Origin: Rhynchobatus australiae
Lineage: Eukaryota
Direction of reading: 5' to 3'
Length of the DNA: 64,000 nucleotides
Assembly (NCBI GenBank): GCA_034780895.1
Contig: JAUZTB010000118.1
Coordinates: 69,819,669-69,883,668, forward strand
In this document: piece after piece, positions 48,933 to 61,600 of the stretch
Numbering within the stretch: position 1 is the first letter of the stretch
Layout: each line of letters starts with the position of its first letter
Notes under the pieces: generated by a model
Database searches by the model: none
Seen by the model: the letters and a program-made list of their open reading frames with translations, nothing else
Told to the model about the DNA's origin: nothing
Made by a program: the position numbers and the translations under genes

Positions 48933-51024
48933 TGTATGGTTCAGTAAGTTGACTGCTTCTCATGAATGATTTGTTACTTCTTGGAACGTCTACCAGAACA
49001 GTTCCAGAGCATCTAGGGAAGAGACTAGAGATGGCACATGCACAAAAGAAAAGAACTCACAATTCCATTAGGTGTTTTTTTTTGGAAGGTGTCCTCCAAA
49101 ATATGCCCTGCACTATTGTGGAAAGAAGCTTTGACATTGCTTCCAAACTCAGTCTCTCCAGACTATAGAGCAGTGATACTATAAGTTCAATGAACTGATA
49201 AGATCATACAAAGTAACACACCAACTGTTTTACGTTTGTGTCTGGGGCACTAGTGGACTCGTCAGTTTTAAAATAACAAGAGTAAAAATATAGCACTACA
49301 TGAACTGTGATAGTGAGGAGATGGTGTTTGAAGAGATGGGAAGTGTAACCACCCACAACCTAAGACCTAACGGTATGTTTCCCTACTTTGAAGAAAGGCA
49401 TTAGCTTGCATGAACAAATCTAAATCACCTTCTTCCACTTTAACAAGCTGATACCTATATACTTACAAGTTCAGCTATCCAAAGCTACCTTGTAGAATCC
49501 CACAATTTGGTATCGTGCTTGGCAGAGACATTGTGGGCCGAAGGGCCTGTTTCTATGCAGTGGTGTTCTATGTTCTAATTACTACCACCCTGCCATTCAC
49601 TCAACCTTATTGCAGAACGAACTTGCACATGGCCTTAAATAAGCTAAAAACTGGATGGATAATCCCTGACTTCAAATAGCACACGAATGACAAGGAGCAA
49701 GGGTTGGAAGTGACGGGGAATAGGGAGAATACATTCAGCTTTTGCTCTGGGAATGGGCAAGAGCAGGAGCACAATTCTGTTGTCAGGTTACAGACCCTGT
49801 GACTCCACAGGTATCCCTATCATTCACTGCAATGTCCAAGTGTTCATTAATTTTTAGCTTCTTTTCCTGCAAGTCAACCATTACAATAAGGGCAGAAAAG
49901 GTGGAAGCCTATGACAATAAGGGAGAGAAATGGCAGAATCTCACACTTGTTAACTGGAACAGGGAGAGGAAATAAAACCTATGCCCATCCTCGACTAACC
50001 TCCCTCCCTAATGCTTCCCTCTCCACTGTCATGTTCCACGTAATAAAGATGTGGTAGCAGGTAATTTGCGGAGTATTAGGCAACGAGAGGAGAGGCATTA
50101 GGTGAGGCTGTGCACCCTTCCCAGCAGAGGTTGAAGAAAATATTCCCTCAGACTTTGGAGTCATGGAACCCAGAATACATGGGCACCAGACTAATAAAAA
50201 NNNNNNNNNNNNNNNNNNNNNNNNNNNNNNNNNNNNNNNNNNNNNNNNNNNNNNNNNNNNNNNNNNNNNNNNNNNNNNNNNNNNNNNNNNNNNNNNNNNN
50301 NNNNNNNNNNNNNNNNNNNNNNNNNNNNNNNNNNNNNNNNNNNNNNNNNNNNNNNNNNNNNNNNNNNNNNNNNNNNNNNNNNNNNNNNNNNNNNNNNNNN
50401 NNNNNNNNNNNNNNNNNNNNNNNNNNNNNNNNNNNNNNNNNNNNNNNNNNNNNNNNNNNNNNNNNNNNNNNNNNNNNNNNNNNNNNNAGAATGGAAATGG
50501 GTAAAGCTGTACTTTCAAAGATGACTGCTGATGATATTCTTAGTTTTCACAATGCTTGGTTTCCATTCCCTTTTTTAAATGTATTGACTTGTATGATACA
50601 CTTGTGTTAAATACTGTACTCTTATCACTGAACATTGATGAATTAATCGATTTGCTCCATTGAACCTTTTAGTCCCACTTAAGAATTTAATTTGCAGATT
50701 TGTAGCTCTACCTGTATAAGCTAACAACATTATGTTTCTTTATTATATATACACATTTTGGCTCTCCTTTCCCAACAGTTCTACAGGCTCCTTTTAGTTT
50801 TGTAACTTGCTTTACTGGTCATTACTTTTGTATGAGATTGAGCAGTGAGAACGGGCAATCAATTCGACTGCTGGCTACCTTCACTTATTCCCAGGTCTTT
50901 TAAGCTAACCAAATAAGTTCACTGATTAGCTGTGACAGTTGACCTATTTTGATTGAGTTGCAGTAATTAGTCAATACATGACTTATGGAAAAAATGGTAA
51001 AATAATGAGGGCTAAATAAACAAA

Positions 51025-51222
51025 TAAAATTGTTGATGGTGGAAATCTGATATAGAAAATGCTGGAAGTACTCAGCAGATTATTCGGTATTTGTGGAAAG
51101 AGAAATGCGAGTTAAAATTTCAAGATACCTTGTGATGAAGGTCTTCACGAAATGAACTGTTTCTCTTTCCACTGCTGCTGCCTGTCCTGCTAAGTGTTTC
51201 CAGCATTTTCTATTTTTATAAA
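51025..51222. mobile_element. Older palindromic Penelope-derived mini-element
   Basis: Arms atagaaaatgctggaagtactcagcag..gtggaaagagaaa / tttctctttccac..ctgctaagtgtttccagcattttctat; the loop contains TGATGA..GAAA (51133-51142). Confidence 0.7.
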
Positions 51223-52319
51223 CAACTTATTTTTAAGTTCCTATTCCCTTGCCCAGTGCAATACAAATGTTGGTTACCAAAGTTCCTTCAGGGATTCAGC
51301 TTTGATATTGTTGTGGGTGAATAGCATTTCAAAACTGTTTTCCATCAGTACAAAGAAACTTTATTTTTCTAAACAGCCATCAATGAAGTATGTGGTAGTT
51401 TCAGAGGAATCAGTGTTAGTCATGTTCAAGCTTGTTCTCTTACTTGCGTAACTGAAAACTCAGAATGTAAAGGGGCGTGGAGCATTTTTGTTAATTTCTG
51501 CTGTTCTTCTGATGCAAATTGTGGATCCACGGAAATCTTAGTGGAACTAGTTAAACCATGTGCCAAAGTTAAGCCTACAACATTGGAACTATATGTCAGT
51601 TGGGTAGCAACATCTTTTGAGGATGTGCAAATTAATAGTTTGTCCTCATTGGATAGGGAGATAAATGCAAGATAACTTCCAAGGCAAGAAAGGTCTGGAG
51701 CAGAGGTGCAACTTAAACTGATTTTGAGGACAATTAAATTAGCTAGTCAGAGCTTTTGATTAAAGGCAAATGGCCAATCAGACATTTTGATTCTGCATAA
51801 CATATAATGTCTTTGTCATCAGTTCTACCCTTGAGAAAAATTTCTCCATTGCTTCAAACTTTCATCACAGGTAAATCAGTTTAAAAGCCGTTCATTTAAC
51901 CTCATGAAAGGAAAATAATGAAGAACTTGACCTCTAAAGTGTTTCACATTGCATAAAGACTATGTGTGGGTCAAAGAAGTCACCAGATCTGTTCCAGGTT
52001 CTCCACACATGTGATACAATAATAAGTGGAGGTGTTAAGTCCTGCACAATGATCTCAATAGTTTGTGCCTCTCAGACAGAAGCAGTTGTGGCCTGTCTTT
52101 ATATGACTTCTTGTTGACCAGGCTCACTGAGTCTGTGGCCACTGAGTCTAACGTATAGTTCCTCCTGTAGATCAGTGCCCTTTAAAATGTTAACCTATCC
52201 TTCACTTTCACTTGACCCATTCTCTCACTGTGTATGTCCTTTGAGCACTTCACCACTGAATCTTGGGCCAACGGTGTCCCTGATCCCACAGCCAATCGCA
52301 CCCCAATGCCTGATGTCAA

Positions 52320-52450
52320 AACCTGACCTTAAACCTCCTGATAACCCTGACCCAACCACAAGGTCCTGACCCAACCCAACCCCAACCCCGTCCTGACCTG
52401 ACCCAACCCCAACCCACAAGGACCTGACCCAACCCCGTCCACACCCCAAT
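52320..52450 (+). repeat. Degenerate (CCCAA/CCTGA)n simple repeat; G-quadruplex-prone on the minus strand
   Basis: Repeated accca/cctgacc units and a local duplication 'ccacaagg.cctgacccaacc..ccgtcc'. Confidence 0.75.
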
Positions 52451-54769
52451 GGAAGGCCTTTCTTTCCCACCCTTCTGACCTCTCTCAGCCCCACCTCCCA
52501 CTCGTGACCCAGAGTTGGTCTCCTGTGCATTTGCACATGTAAGGCCCTGTCTGCTGTGCATGTCATCTGTGGCTGGTATGCAACAGAATACTGCTGTGGA
52601 CTCAACATGCATTGGTTTCCCATCAACCTCGCTGGCTTAATGTGCCTTTAGAGTGATTACTAGGGCCTTGCATTTATGTAGTGAAATTCATTACTTCAAA
52701 GCATTACTTCTGCCTGCTATGTAGATAGTTTTTCTCATGTTCAATACAGAAGACACCTTCTACAGTCAATGGTATTCGGGAATGAAAAAAAGGTGACATG
52801 CCCAAAATGATGAAAAGCATAAGAAAAGGCAGAGACCTTGACCCTGTCCTGCTGTTCAAACACATCATGGATGATCTAAACANNNNNNNNNNNNNNNNNC
52901 CTTTGATCCACAGTCTAACGCAAATTAGTTTGATATCATGTGTGAAAAATTCAATAAATTCAGCATGCTCTGCTTATTTTGGAACCCTGTGCAAAGGGGA
53001 ATGCTACCTGAATTCTCTCCTAAATTGTTCCCCAATCAAAGGAAATAATTTACCTTCATAGGTCCTTTAATTACAAATCCATGATAAATGGATTTTAATT
53101 TATCATTTAAGCAATTTGATTAGATTACCTGCCAGCCTTCGAAGTTCAAGGAGACACAGGCCAAGTTTATGCAAGATAACAACATTCATTAGCATTTGTT
53201 GACAGTGGTGCAACAAGTGCACAATTTCAGGCAAAAAACTGATCTGCAGTTTGTGTGGATATCCAGAAGATGCTGTTGCAGACATGCTGCACCACCTTTA
53301 ACTTTACAAAAAAAACATCTCCTTGTACATCTTATCATTGAAATACCTTGAAGCTGCTGTATTTGCAAGATAAATATGCTCTTCCCCAAAAGCTAAGTCT
53401 CATAATTTCAAGAGCAAGTGCCCTTTATAATGGTGTGATTCCAATTATTCACAACCAATCAACCTCAAACTGAAGTTAATGATTACAAGTGTAATGCTCA
53501 ACATTTCAGGTATTAATTGATTTTTGAAATGAAAAATTTGAAATTTATGTTTTAAAATGGCTTCGTATCCAAATTGATTTTTAGTTTATCTGTTTATTAA
53601 TTTTTGGCATTGAATTTACCCAAGATAATTTACGCTTCTTTCTCTGTCATGCTTCTGGTTACTTCACAATATGTAAGTGTGATTGCTGAAAGATGTACTC
53701 AATTTCTTATCTTGTTAATTCCAAGCTGCCTGATTTACCTCGCTGTGACATTGTCAGCTCACTCTTTCAGCAACTTGCCAGACAAAAATGAGAACCCCCT
53801 AAACTTGGAAGAGCAAATGTAATTAACAACTGACACTGTTAGAGGTCCTGTAACAGCAAATCTGACTTGATTTTAGTCAGAATTTTTGAACACTTTCAAG
53901 AGGAGAAAATATTTAGATGATAATCATTTTTGAATGCGCCATTCGGATGAAAAGCTCCTGCATGGAATTTGATATTCCGAGAATTTCCACTTGTCCTGCT
54001 CACTCAAGTGGCTAGTCAAGCTGGAATTTATTCAATGTCTGAGATGCAGGCCAAGATGTGTTTTCCCTGTGCTTTGGAATCTGATTGAAGGGAAAGATAT
54101 GTCAAAAGATGTTTTCCCAATTAGCCAAAAACTGTGACTAAAGAAGATGGACAGATATAACACATAATGAATCAAAGCAGAACCATTGTCTTTTTCTCAG
54201 TGGCAGACACGTCAATCAAATTGGTTTCAGAAGTCTCAAGGACAGCTTCACATGATTCATTTCCTTCAGTAATAACTTAAAGAACAATCCGTACTTATCC
54301 AGTGTCCTTAATGTAATACAATGTCCGAACGTGCTTCATCAGAGGATTATTGAACAAAGTGATGTCAGGTTTGATAGTCCGTGGTGTTATGAAGCAGTCC
54401 ATGTTATTTGGGGAAGACCTGGATGGTTCCTGTTTGAAGTTATTCCTTGTACTTTCTTGTCTGCAAGATTGCTTCTCCCAGACTCCTGGCACTGTGTTAT
54501 GTTCTCCTCTATGCTGATCCTGACGTTTTATAGATGGAATGCCCCATTCTTCACACTGTTGTTTCCACTTTCCCAGAGATAGGGTGCATGAAATTCTGGG
54601 ATACATGGGATTCTGTGCTGCTCCAATTTCCCAGAATTGGTGTATATTGCTGCACTGCTCCTGGTTTCCCTGAAGTACAGTGGGCAGGAGCTGCTGCTCC
54701 CAATGCCTTGGTTCTTGCCTCACCTCTTCTTTGCCTGGAGTGCATTTCAATATCACCTCCTTCACATGG

Positions 54770-55253
54770 TGTTCCGGGACATGCAGCAAGAAGCGGGTGA
54801 AGCATATTGCCGAGGTGAAGCAAAAGTTCAGATTGTAGATACAATATGCCTTGCTGATCGCAGGAGAGAACCTGGTCATCGGGTGTGAGGTACTCTCAGC
54901 ATTGCACGTGGGCCAATACCTGCCCGTTCCTGCAGAGTCAACTGAGTCACTTTCCAGTTTATCTGGGGGATCAAAAATGGACTCTATCTTCAGAAATATA
55001 ACAAACAAATATCTTTATTGAGGTTCAGCCTGAACAGCTGCATAACACTGAACGCTGTACTCTATAGGCTGTTGTCAGGGACACATACTGAGCCAAGCAC
55101 CAATTGCCACTAGAAGATTATCAGCTTGGTGAAAGACGCCATCTGGTCTGCTGAAAATTCACTAGTCTTCTAATCAGGGAGGTGTCTATAACTGAATATT
55201 GCAGACTTGTGCATTCCTTGGCCCAGGACTGTATGCTGAAGGACATACTGAAG
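54770..55253 (+). mobile_element. Tx1-clade LINE ORF2 fragment with an internal deletion
   Basis: HIAEVKQKF, IAGENLVIGCEVLS, GSKMD, then VLYRLLSGTHTE..IISLVKDAIWSA..CRLVHSLAQDCMLKDILK. Confidence 0.8.
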
Positions 55254-55520
55254 GCATTTGACAAGGTGCCACTTAAAAGGCTGGTGCATGAGATAAGAGC
55301 TCACAGAACTGGGTGGAGTGTTGAGCATGGATTGAAGACTAGTTATCACATAAAAGACAGTGAGTCAGAACTAATGAGTCTTTTTCAGGAATCAATATAG
55401 GTTGCCCCAAGGATCAGTTCTTGGCCCTCAATTATTTAATAACTATATTAATGACCTAGATGACGGGACAGAGTGTAAGGGATCCAGTTTGCAATGACAC
55501 TAACATAAGTGTTGGGAAGG
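55251..55520 (+). mobile_element. CR1 RT fragment
   Basis: KAFDKVP..RL, PQGSVLGPQLFNNYINDLD, decayed FADDT. Confidence 0.85.
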
Positions 55521-55934
55521 CATGTTGCACATTCAGGAACTGTGAAGGGGAAAGATAGATTGCAAATAGGACAGAAGTTGACAGAGATTAGCGGTCATCA
55601 CGTTGGGCTGGATGGATCAAGTGTTGGAAAATATAGTCAGGCAGAAGGATTTGATTTAGTGGAGGTGTGATCAATCCCCTGCTAGTTTTCTATCCAGGTT
55701 CTGATGCCAATATCACAAAAGCCAATGAACAGCAAGAACTTTGCTCGCAATTGAGAAGATGCTCTGAAAAGTAATTGCAAGGAGAAGCAGAGATAACTGA
55801 TAAGCTGACAGGGAAGGAGGAGGGTTGCTGAACTGGTACTGAGCTCCCGCAAAGCAGAATAGCAAATGGTCCTCTGAGTTGAGAAAGACAATGTGAGATC
55901 TTTGAAGATTTGTTATCACACCACATCATGGGTG

Positions 55935-56420
55935 GAGACACAAGACACTGGAATCTGCAGCAAAAAATAAACTGCTGAACCAACTTGGCAGGCCTAGCAG
56001 CATCTGTAGAGGCAAAGGGAAGTTTCAGATTGACTGAGAGTGTAGAGAGAAGATAGCCAGCATATAGATGTGNNNNNNNNNNNNNNNNNNNNNNNNNNNN
56101 NNNNNNNNNNNNNNNNNNNNNNNNNNNNNNNNNNNNNNNNNNNNNNNNNNNNNNNNNNNNNNNNNNNNNNNNNNNNNNNNNNNNNNNNNNNNNNNNNNNN
56201 NNNNNNNNNNNNNNNNNNNNNNNNNNNNNNNNNGCATTGGGGGTGGGGAGGTGAAGGGAATAGGAAAGGTGAACCAAGGAAGAAGAAGCCCAGGTAGATA
56301 GGTACGTGGGTGGATGGAACCAGTTGGGGTAGGGCGACGAGTCTCGGTAACGAGGGGTAGGGATGGAAAATGTGAACGAAGGGAGAGAGTGTCAGGGTGA
56401 ACTGGTGGGAGTGGGAAAGG
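55935..56420 (-). mobile_element. Penelope-like element 3' end (partly in a gap)
   Basis: gacacaag..ctggaatc..gcagcatctgtagaggcaaa terminus and the G-rich reverse of the C-rich 3' region. Confidence 0.7.
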
Positions 56421-57135
56421 AACTCAGGATGAGCTGTTGCATACAGTCTGTATGTTCCTGGCTTTGGCACCTGGGCATTGAAAAGCAGTAGTCAGGAATA
56501 CACTAGATATCAGGTGTCCTTAGATCTGCCTCCCACACCACCACTGGGCTCAGTGCTGAGTGAACAGCTACATTATATCCATCAATGGGGTCAATGATGA
56601 TAGACTGAAGAGCCATTTTTACTCAACCTGAGTGACCTAAATTAATTTCTTAAATATGTTTATAATTTTAAAACTTTAAGTAATTTTTAATATTTATTTA
56701 AAGCCTATTTCAATTGTTCATAAATGTCTTTGATCACCAGGGACATGTAGATATTACTAAAAATGTCTTTGGGAGCACGAGTGGCTGATTTGCCATATGT
56801 GGACAACTCAGCATCACAGGATAGTCATGGTAACGAGGCTCGGAACTTGATTTCACTTGCAGGGGTCAAGGTTAGAGTGGCTATGGGAATATACAGGTTA
56901 GTAGGCTGAGTTTTCTTTCACTTATTGCACCAGAGGACAATCTAATGCAGTTGAAATGTTGTTACAAAACATTTCTTGTATGTCAATGATAAAATTTTAT
57001 AAAATGGCTAGGTACGGCATATAATAGCATTTAGAAAAGCTTTAAAGTTAAATTTATTTGAGTTCTCTGATTTTAAATGAATAGATGAATCAAGCTTGAT
57101 TTCACCTTTTCATAAGCCAATTGCATCCTTGTAAT

Positions 57136-57405
57136 GGCACGGTAGTGTAGTGGTTAGCATAACGCTTTACAGCGCCGGCGACCCGGGTTCAATTCCAGCC
57201 ACTGTCTGTAAGGAGTGTGTACGTTCTCCCCATGTCTATGTGGGTTTCCTCTGGGTGCTCCAAATATGTACGGGTTAGCAGCTGTGGGCATGCCATATTG
57301 GCACTAGAAGCGTGGCGACACTTGGGGGCTGTCCTGAGAACACTCTACGCAAAAGAAGATGCATTTCACTGTGTGTTTTGATGTACATGTGACTAATAAA
57401 GATAT
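57136..57405 (+). mobile_element. V-domain SINE (Rex1-type tail)
   Basis: Head ggcacggtagtgtagtggttag..ccgggttcaattcc; tail catttcactgtgtgttttgatgtacatgtgactaataaa. Confidence 0.9.
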
Positions 57406-57554
57406 TAATTGATTCAATTGTGATGAGCTAAAGCAGCAGAGGATATGGATTGTGATGTGGGACTGTGCGATCTTTACAATTCAGTCCACTTACCACGTTA
57501 AACATCTGAGTCTTCAAAGGGCAACATGAGTGAATGAAAACTTAAAATACCATG

Positions 57555-59566
57555 ACATCCAGAGAAACAATGTGACATTGACCACCTCGACTACTCCTGT
57601 CCCTTCACCAACTCCAATCTCATCCCTGCCAAACTTGCAGCACTCTGCACACTTCAGAACAATCTCGACCTTGTCATCAACTGACTTTGTAGTCTGCTGC
57701 ATAGGCCAGATGTCAGCTTTCTGACACTTCCTCATACCTCCCTCTGGACCATGACCCCATTAACAAACATCAGGCCAGCATGTCCTGGACCCTACAGATC
57801 TCATCACATCAGGAGATCTCTTTTCCACAGCGTCCATCCTCAGTGTCACAGTCCCGCACTGTCTACCTCTATCTCGTACTGAAGATCTCTTTAAACAGGA
57901 CTGCTCTGGTAGGCTCATTGTTTCTCCCCACTGAACTCATTTCTTCATATTTGGACTCTATCCCATCTCCCTTTGTTCAGTTCCTTCCCACTTACATCCA
58001 GGACACCTCTCATGCCATTCATCATTTCAATGACTTCCAATTCCCTGATCTCTGCTGGCTCATCTTTAGTATGGACATCCAATGTCTATATACCTCCAAC
58101 CTCCATCAGAAAGGTGTCAGTGCCCTCCACTTCTTTCTTGAAGAAAGGGCCAACCAGTTCCCCTCCTCTAGTACCCTCAACCACTTGGAGAATTTGTCTT
58201 TGCTCTCAACAGCTTCTCCTCTGATTCCTCCCATTTTTTGCAGATCAAAGGGGTAGCCATGGGCACTCACATGGGCCCAAGCGATGCCTGTCTTTTTGTT
58301 AGCCACATGGAACCGTCCTTGTTCCAAGTCTATTCAAGTACAACGCCATCCCCACCTCCACACTCTTCCTCTGCTATATTGATGATTGCATCTGTGTTGT
58401 TTCCTGCACTGGTGAAGAACTCGTCAACTTTATCACCATTGCCACCAGTTTCCAACCTGCCCTCAAATTCGCAAGGACCATCTCTGACACTTCTCTTCCT
58501 TTCCTGGATCTCTCTGTCTCCAGGTCAAGAGATGTACTTGCTGCTGACATCTTCTATAAACACACCGACTCCCTCAGCTCCCTCAACTCAACCTCCTCCC
58601 ATCCTGCCTCCTGTAAGGATGCCATCCCCTTTTCTCAATATCTCTGTCACCACCGCATTTGTTATCAAGATGAGGCTTCCTGCTCTAGAGCTTCTGAAAT
58701 GTCCTCCTTCTTCTGGGAGAATGGTATCCCCCCTGCCATAGTTGATGGAGACTTCACGCATATTTCCTCCATTTCCCATGTCTGCTCTAACCCACCTCCC
58801 TTCCCAGGCAGAACAGCAACAGAGTTCCCTTAGTTGTTAGCCTTCACCCCAACAACCTCCGCATCCCACACATCATCCTCTGCCATTTCTGCCAACTCCA
58901 ATGCAATCCCACCAGCAGTCACATCTTCCACCACTCTCCGACCCCTTTCTACTTCCGACACGAACCGTTCTCATCAGGACCTTCCTGGTCTGTTCATTCC
59001 TGCCTATCCACTCGTACTTTCCCCTGCAACTAAAGGGGGTGCAACACCTGTACCTTCACCTCCTCCTTCACCAGCATCCAGGGAACTAAACAGCCCTTCC
59101 AAGTGAAGCAGATGTTCACCTGCGCCTCTTCTAAGCTGGTCTACTGCATTTGTTGCCTGCAGTATGTCCTCCTTCACACTGGTGAAACCAAATGTAGATG
59201 AGGCGATGGTTTTGTGGAATGCCTACAGTATGTCTGCAAAGTCATTTCATATGCATGTCATTTTAACTCTTCTTCCCACTCCCATACCGACCTGTCTGTC
59301 CTCGGTCTTCCCCAGTTCCTCTGGTTCCATCTACCCATCATCCCCTCCCTATCTGGTTCCACGTTACCTCCCTGCCTCGATCCCATCCCCCTCCATCATA
59401 CTGCTATACACTGACAATCATTCCTCTGCCCTGTCAGTCCAGATGCAAGGCTTTGACCCAAAATGTTGATTTACACCTCTTGCCTCCACAGATGCTAACT
59501 ATTCCACTGAGTTCTTCCAACGTTCTGTTTTTGTTCTTGATTCCAGCAGCTGCAGTCTTTTTTGTT
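57555..59566 (+). mobile_element. Penelope-like element, ~2 kb: RT, GIY-YIG and terminal repeat, frameshifted
   Basis: PTELISSYLDS..LPTYIQDT, FSMDIQCLYTS, QIKGVAMGTHMGPS, YIDDC (~58375-58390), LPFLDL, FTC.SS.LVYCI, TGETK; terminal repeat with a hammerhead-like motif at ~59435-59470. Confidence 0.92.
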
Positions 59567-60786
59567 CTCGGAAACATCATGCTTCTCTCCATCAAAGAAA
59601 CTCTTTGAATATTACATGCTTGGATTACTCACTTTTGATTGAGCCGGATTAAACATGGTGATTTAAAAAGAAAATGAAGATATCAGAAAATAGCTTGTAC
59701 GATATGTCAGGAGGCTTTAAGAATTACTCTGTAGTTGTGAGTTCTCAAGTCGCTTTTGATAATTGGGAATCTGAAGCTTAATTGAAGTAAAACTTGCTGG
59801 TACTTCTTGCTCCCAATGCATGCATCTCATGCAGCCAGAGTAACACCAAAAATAAAGTTGTCAGATGTGTTAAGTTGGTAGCTACTTTTTATTGTATCTT
59901 CTTTACTGTCAGTCTTAGTGAATCTGATAAATCTATCCTTGTTGCTATCAGCTGCACAAAACCCATCTGCTAGAGCTGTCGTACATGGAAACATACACAG
60001 CAATAGTAAATAAGCTTCGTTCTGTGCATTTTAGAATTGTTGAACACAGAGATGCACAACAAGTAGATTACATAAAAATTGTTAAAGATCACAATGAATT
60101 TTACGTATTTTTTGAAACCCAATTGTACAATTGTGTTTTAAATATAATGGTCCCTGAAGGAATATGAACAACTAAGAGAAACTTGAGAAGTGCTAAAATA
60201 ATATTCTGGCATTGTTTATAGTTTAAAAAATAGAGGAAGTTTTGTGAAGGTGAACAAGGACTGGCTCACAAAGATGAAAGTGAAGGCCAAAATTTACATA
60301 TCATTCAACATTTAACCAAGGACAACATAAAAGTTCAATGGTTTATAGGATTCCTGTATATATACTAATGAGAATACTCTTACACTTCTTAAAGTTAAAC
60401 ATGAATAGTTATAATATCAGTGCACTGAATACGTAATATCATTTGACTGAAGCTATTTNNNNNNNNNNNNNNNNNNNNNNNNNNNNNNNNNNNNNNNNNN
60501 NNNNNNNNNNNNNNNNNNNNNNNNNNNNNNNNNNNNNNNNNNNNNNNNNNNNNNNNNNNNNNNNNNNNNNNNNNNNNNNNNNNNNNNNNNNNNNNNNNNN
60601 NNNNNNNNNNNNNNNNNNNNNNNNNNNNNNNNNNNNNNNNNNNNNNNNNNNNNNNNNNNNNNNNNNNNNNNNNNNNNNNNNNNNNNNNNNNNNNNNNNNN
60701 NNNNNNNNNNNNNNNNNNNNNNNNNNNNNNNNNNNNNNNNNNNNNNNNNNNNNNNNNNNNNNNNNNNNNNNNNNNNNNNNNNNNNN

Positions 60787-60902
60787 CCTTGTACTACCTC
60801 AGTGCACTGATGTGATGAAATGATCTGTATGGATGGCATGCAAAACAAAGTTTTTCACTGTACTTTGGTACATGTGACAATAATAAACCAATTACCAATT
60901 AC
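60787..60902 (+). mobile_element. Rex1/Babar 3' tail
   Basis: 'atggatggcatgcaaaacaaagtttttcactgtactttggtacatgtgacaataataaaccaattaccaattac'. Confidence 0.6.
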
Positions 60903-61251
60903 ATTTTCATTTTTTAGTACTAATATTCTTGCAATTTGTAGTGAAATAATCTTCAACTATAGCCAGACCATTCCAGAGTGAAATCTGAAAGACTTTTCAG
61001 GCAGATGATATCAACAATCTGGAGTTCTCTCTCTGTAGCATTTTGAATTTAAAATTTCAAATCTGAGATGGATAGATTTGTAAGTAATGGTAGCAGAGGC
61101 TACAGAGCATAGACAAATGGGAATGAGGGACAGATCAGTCATGATTCAGTTGAACTATTTGAACAATTTGGGAAAGTAAAATAAAAGTAAAATAATTTTG
61201 GACTTGGCAGAGAAGGTAGAGACCATTGCCTTTGGTAGACGATTCCAGAAG

Positions 61252-61600
61252 ATTCATAGATTCATAGGGTTATGCAACACAGTAACAGGCTCTTTGAGCC
61301 AACATCCTTGCCAACCAAATGCCTATCTACACTAATCTCATTTGCCTGCATTTGGTCCATATCCCTCTAAAAGCTTTCCTATCCACTGAACTGCTCAAAT
61401 ATCTTTCAAACATTATAATTGTACCTGCCTCTACCACCACCTCTGGCGCTTCTTCAATACATCATTAGTTTTTCCTGTGTGTGGAAAAACTTGCCCCTCA
61501 GATCCCCTTTAAATCTCTCCATTCTCTCCTTAAATCTATGCCTCCTGGTTTTAGACTGCCCTCCCCTGGGAAAAAGACTGTGGCTATTCACCCTATTTAT
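61252..61600 (-). mobile_element. CR1 3' end nested among older plus-strand CR1 tails (~60990-61150 and ~61625-61755)
   Basis: RVNSHSLFPRGGQSKTRRHRFK..ERFKGDLRGKFF (ORF 61454..61711); (gattcata)n tail. Confidence 0.85.

Noticed and set aside
57136-57200. tRNA-like sequences with A and B boxes (also 24272 and 48598)
   Set aside because: They are SINE heads continuous with a V domain and tail, not tRNA genes.
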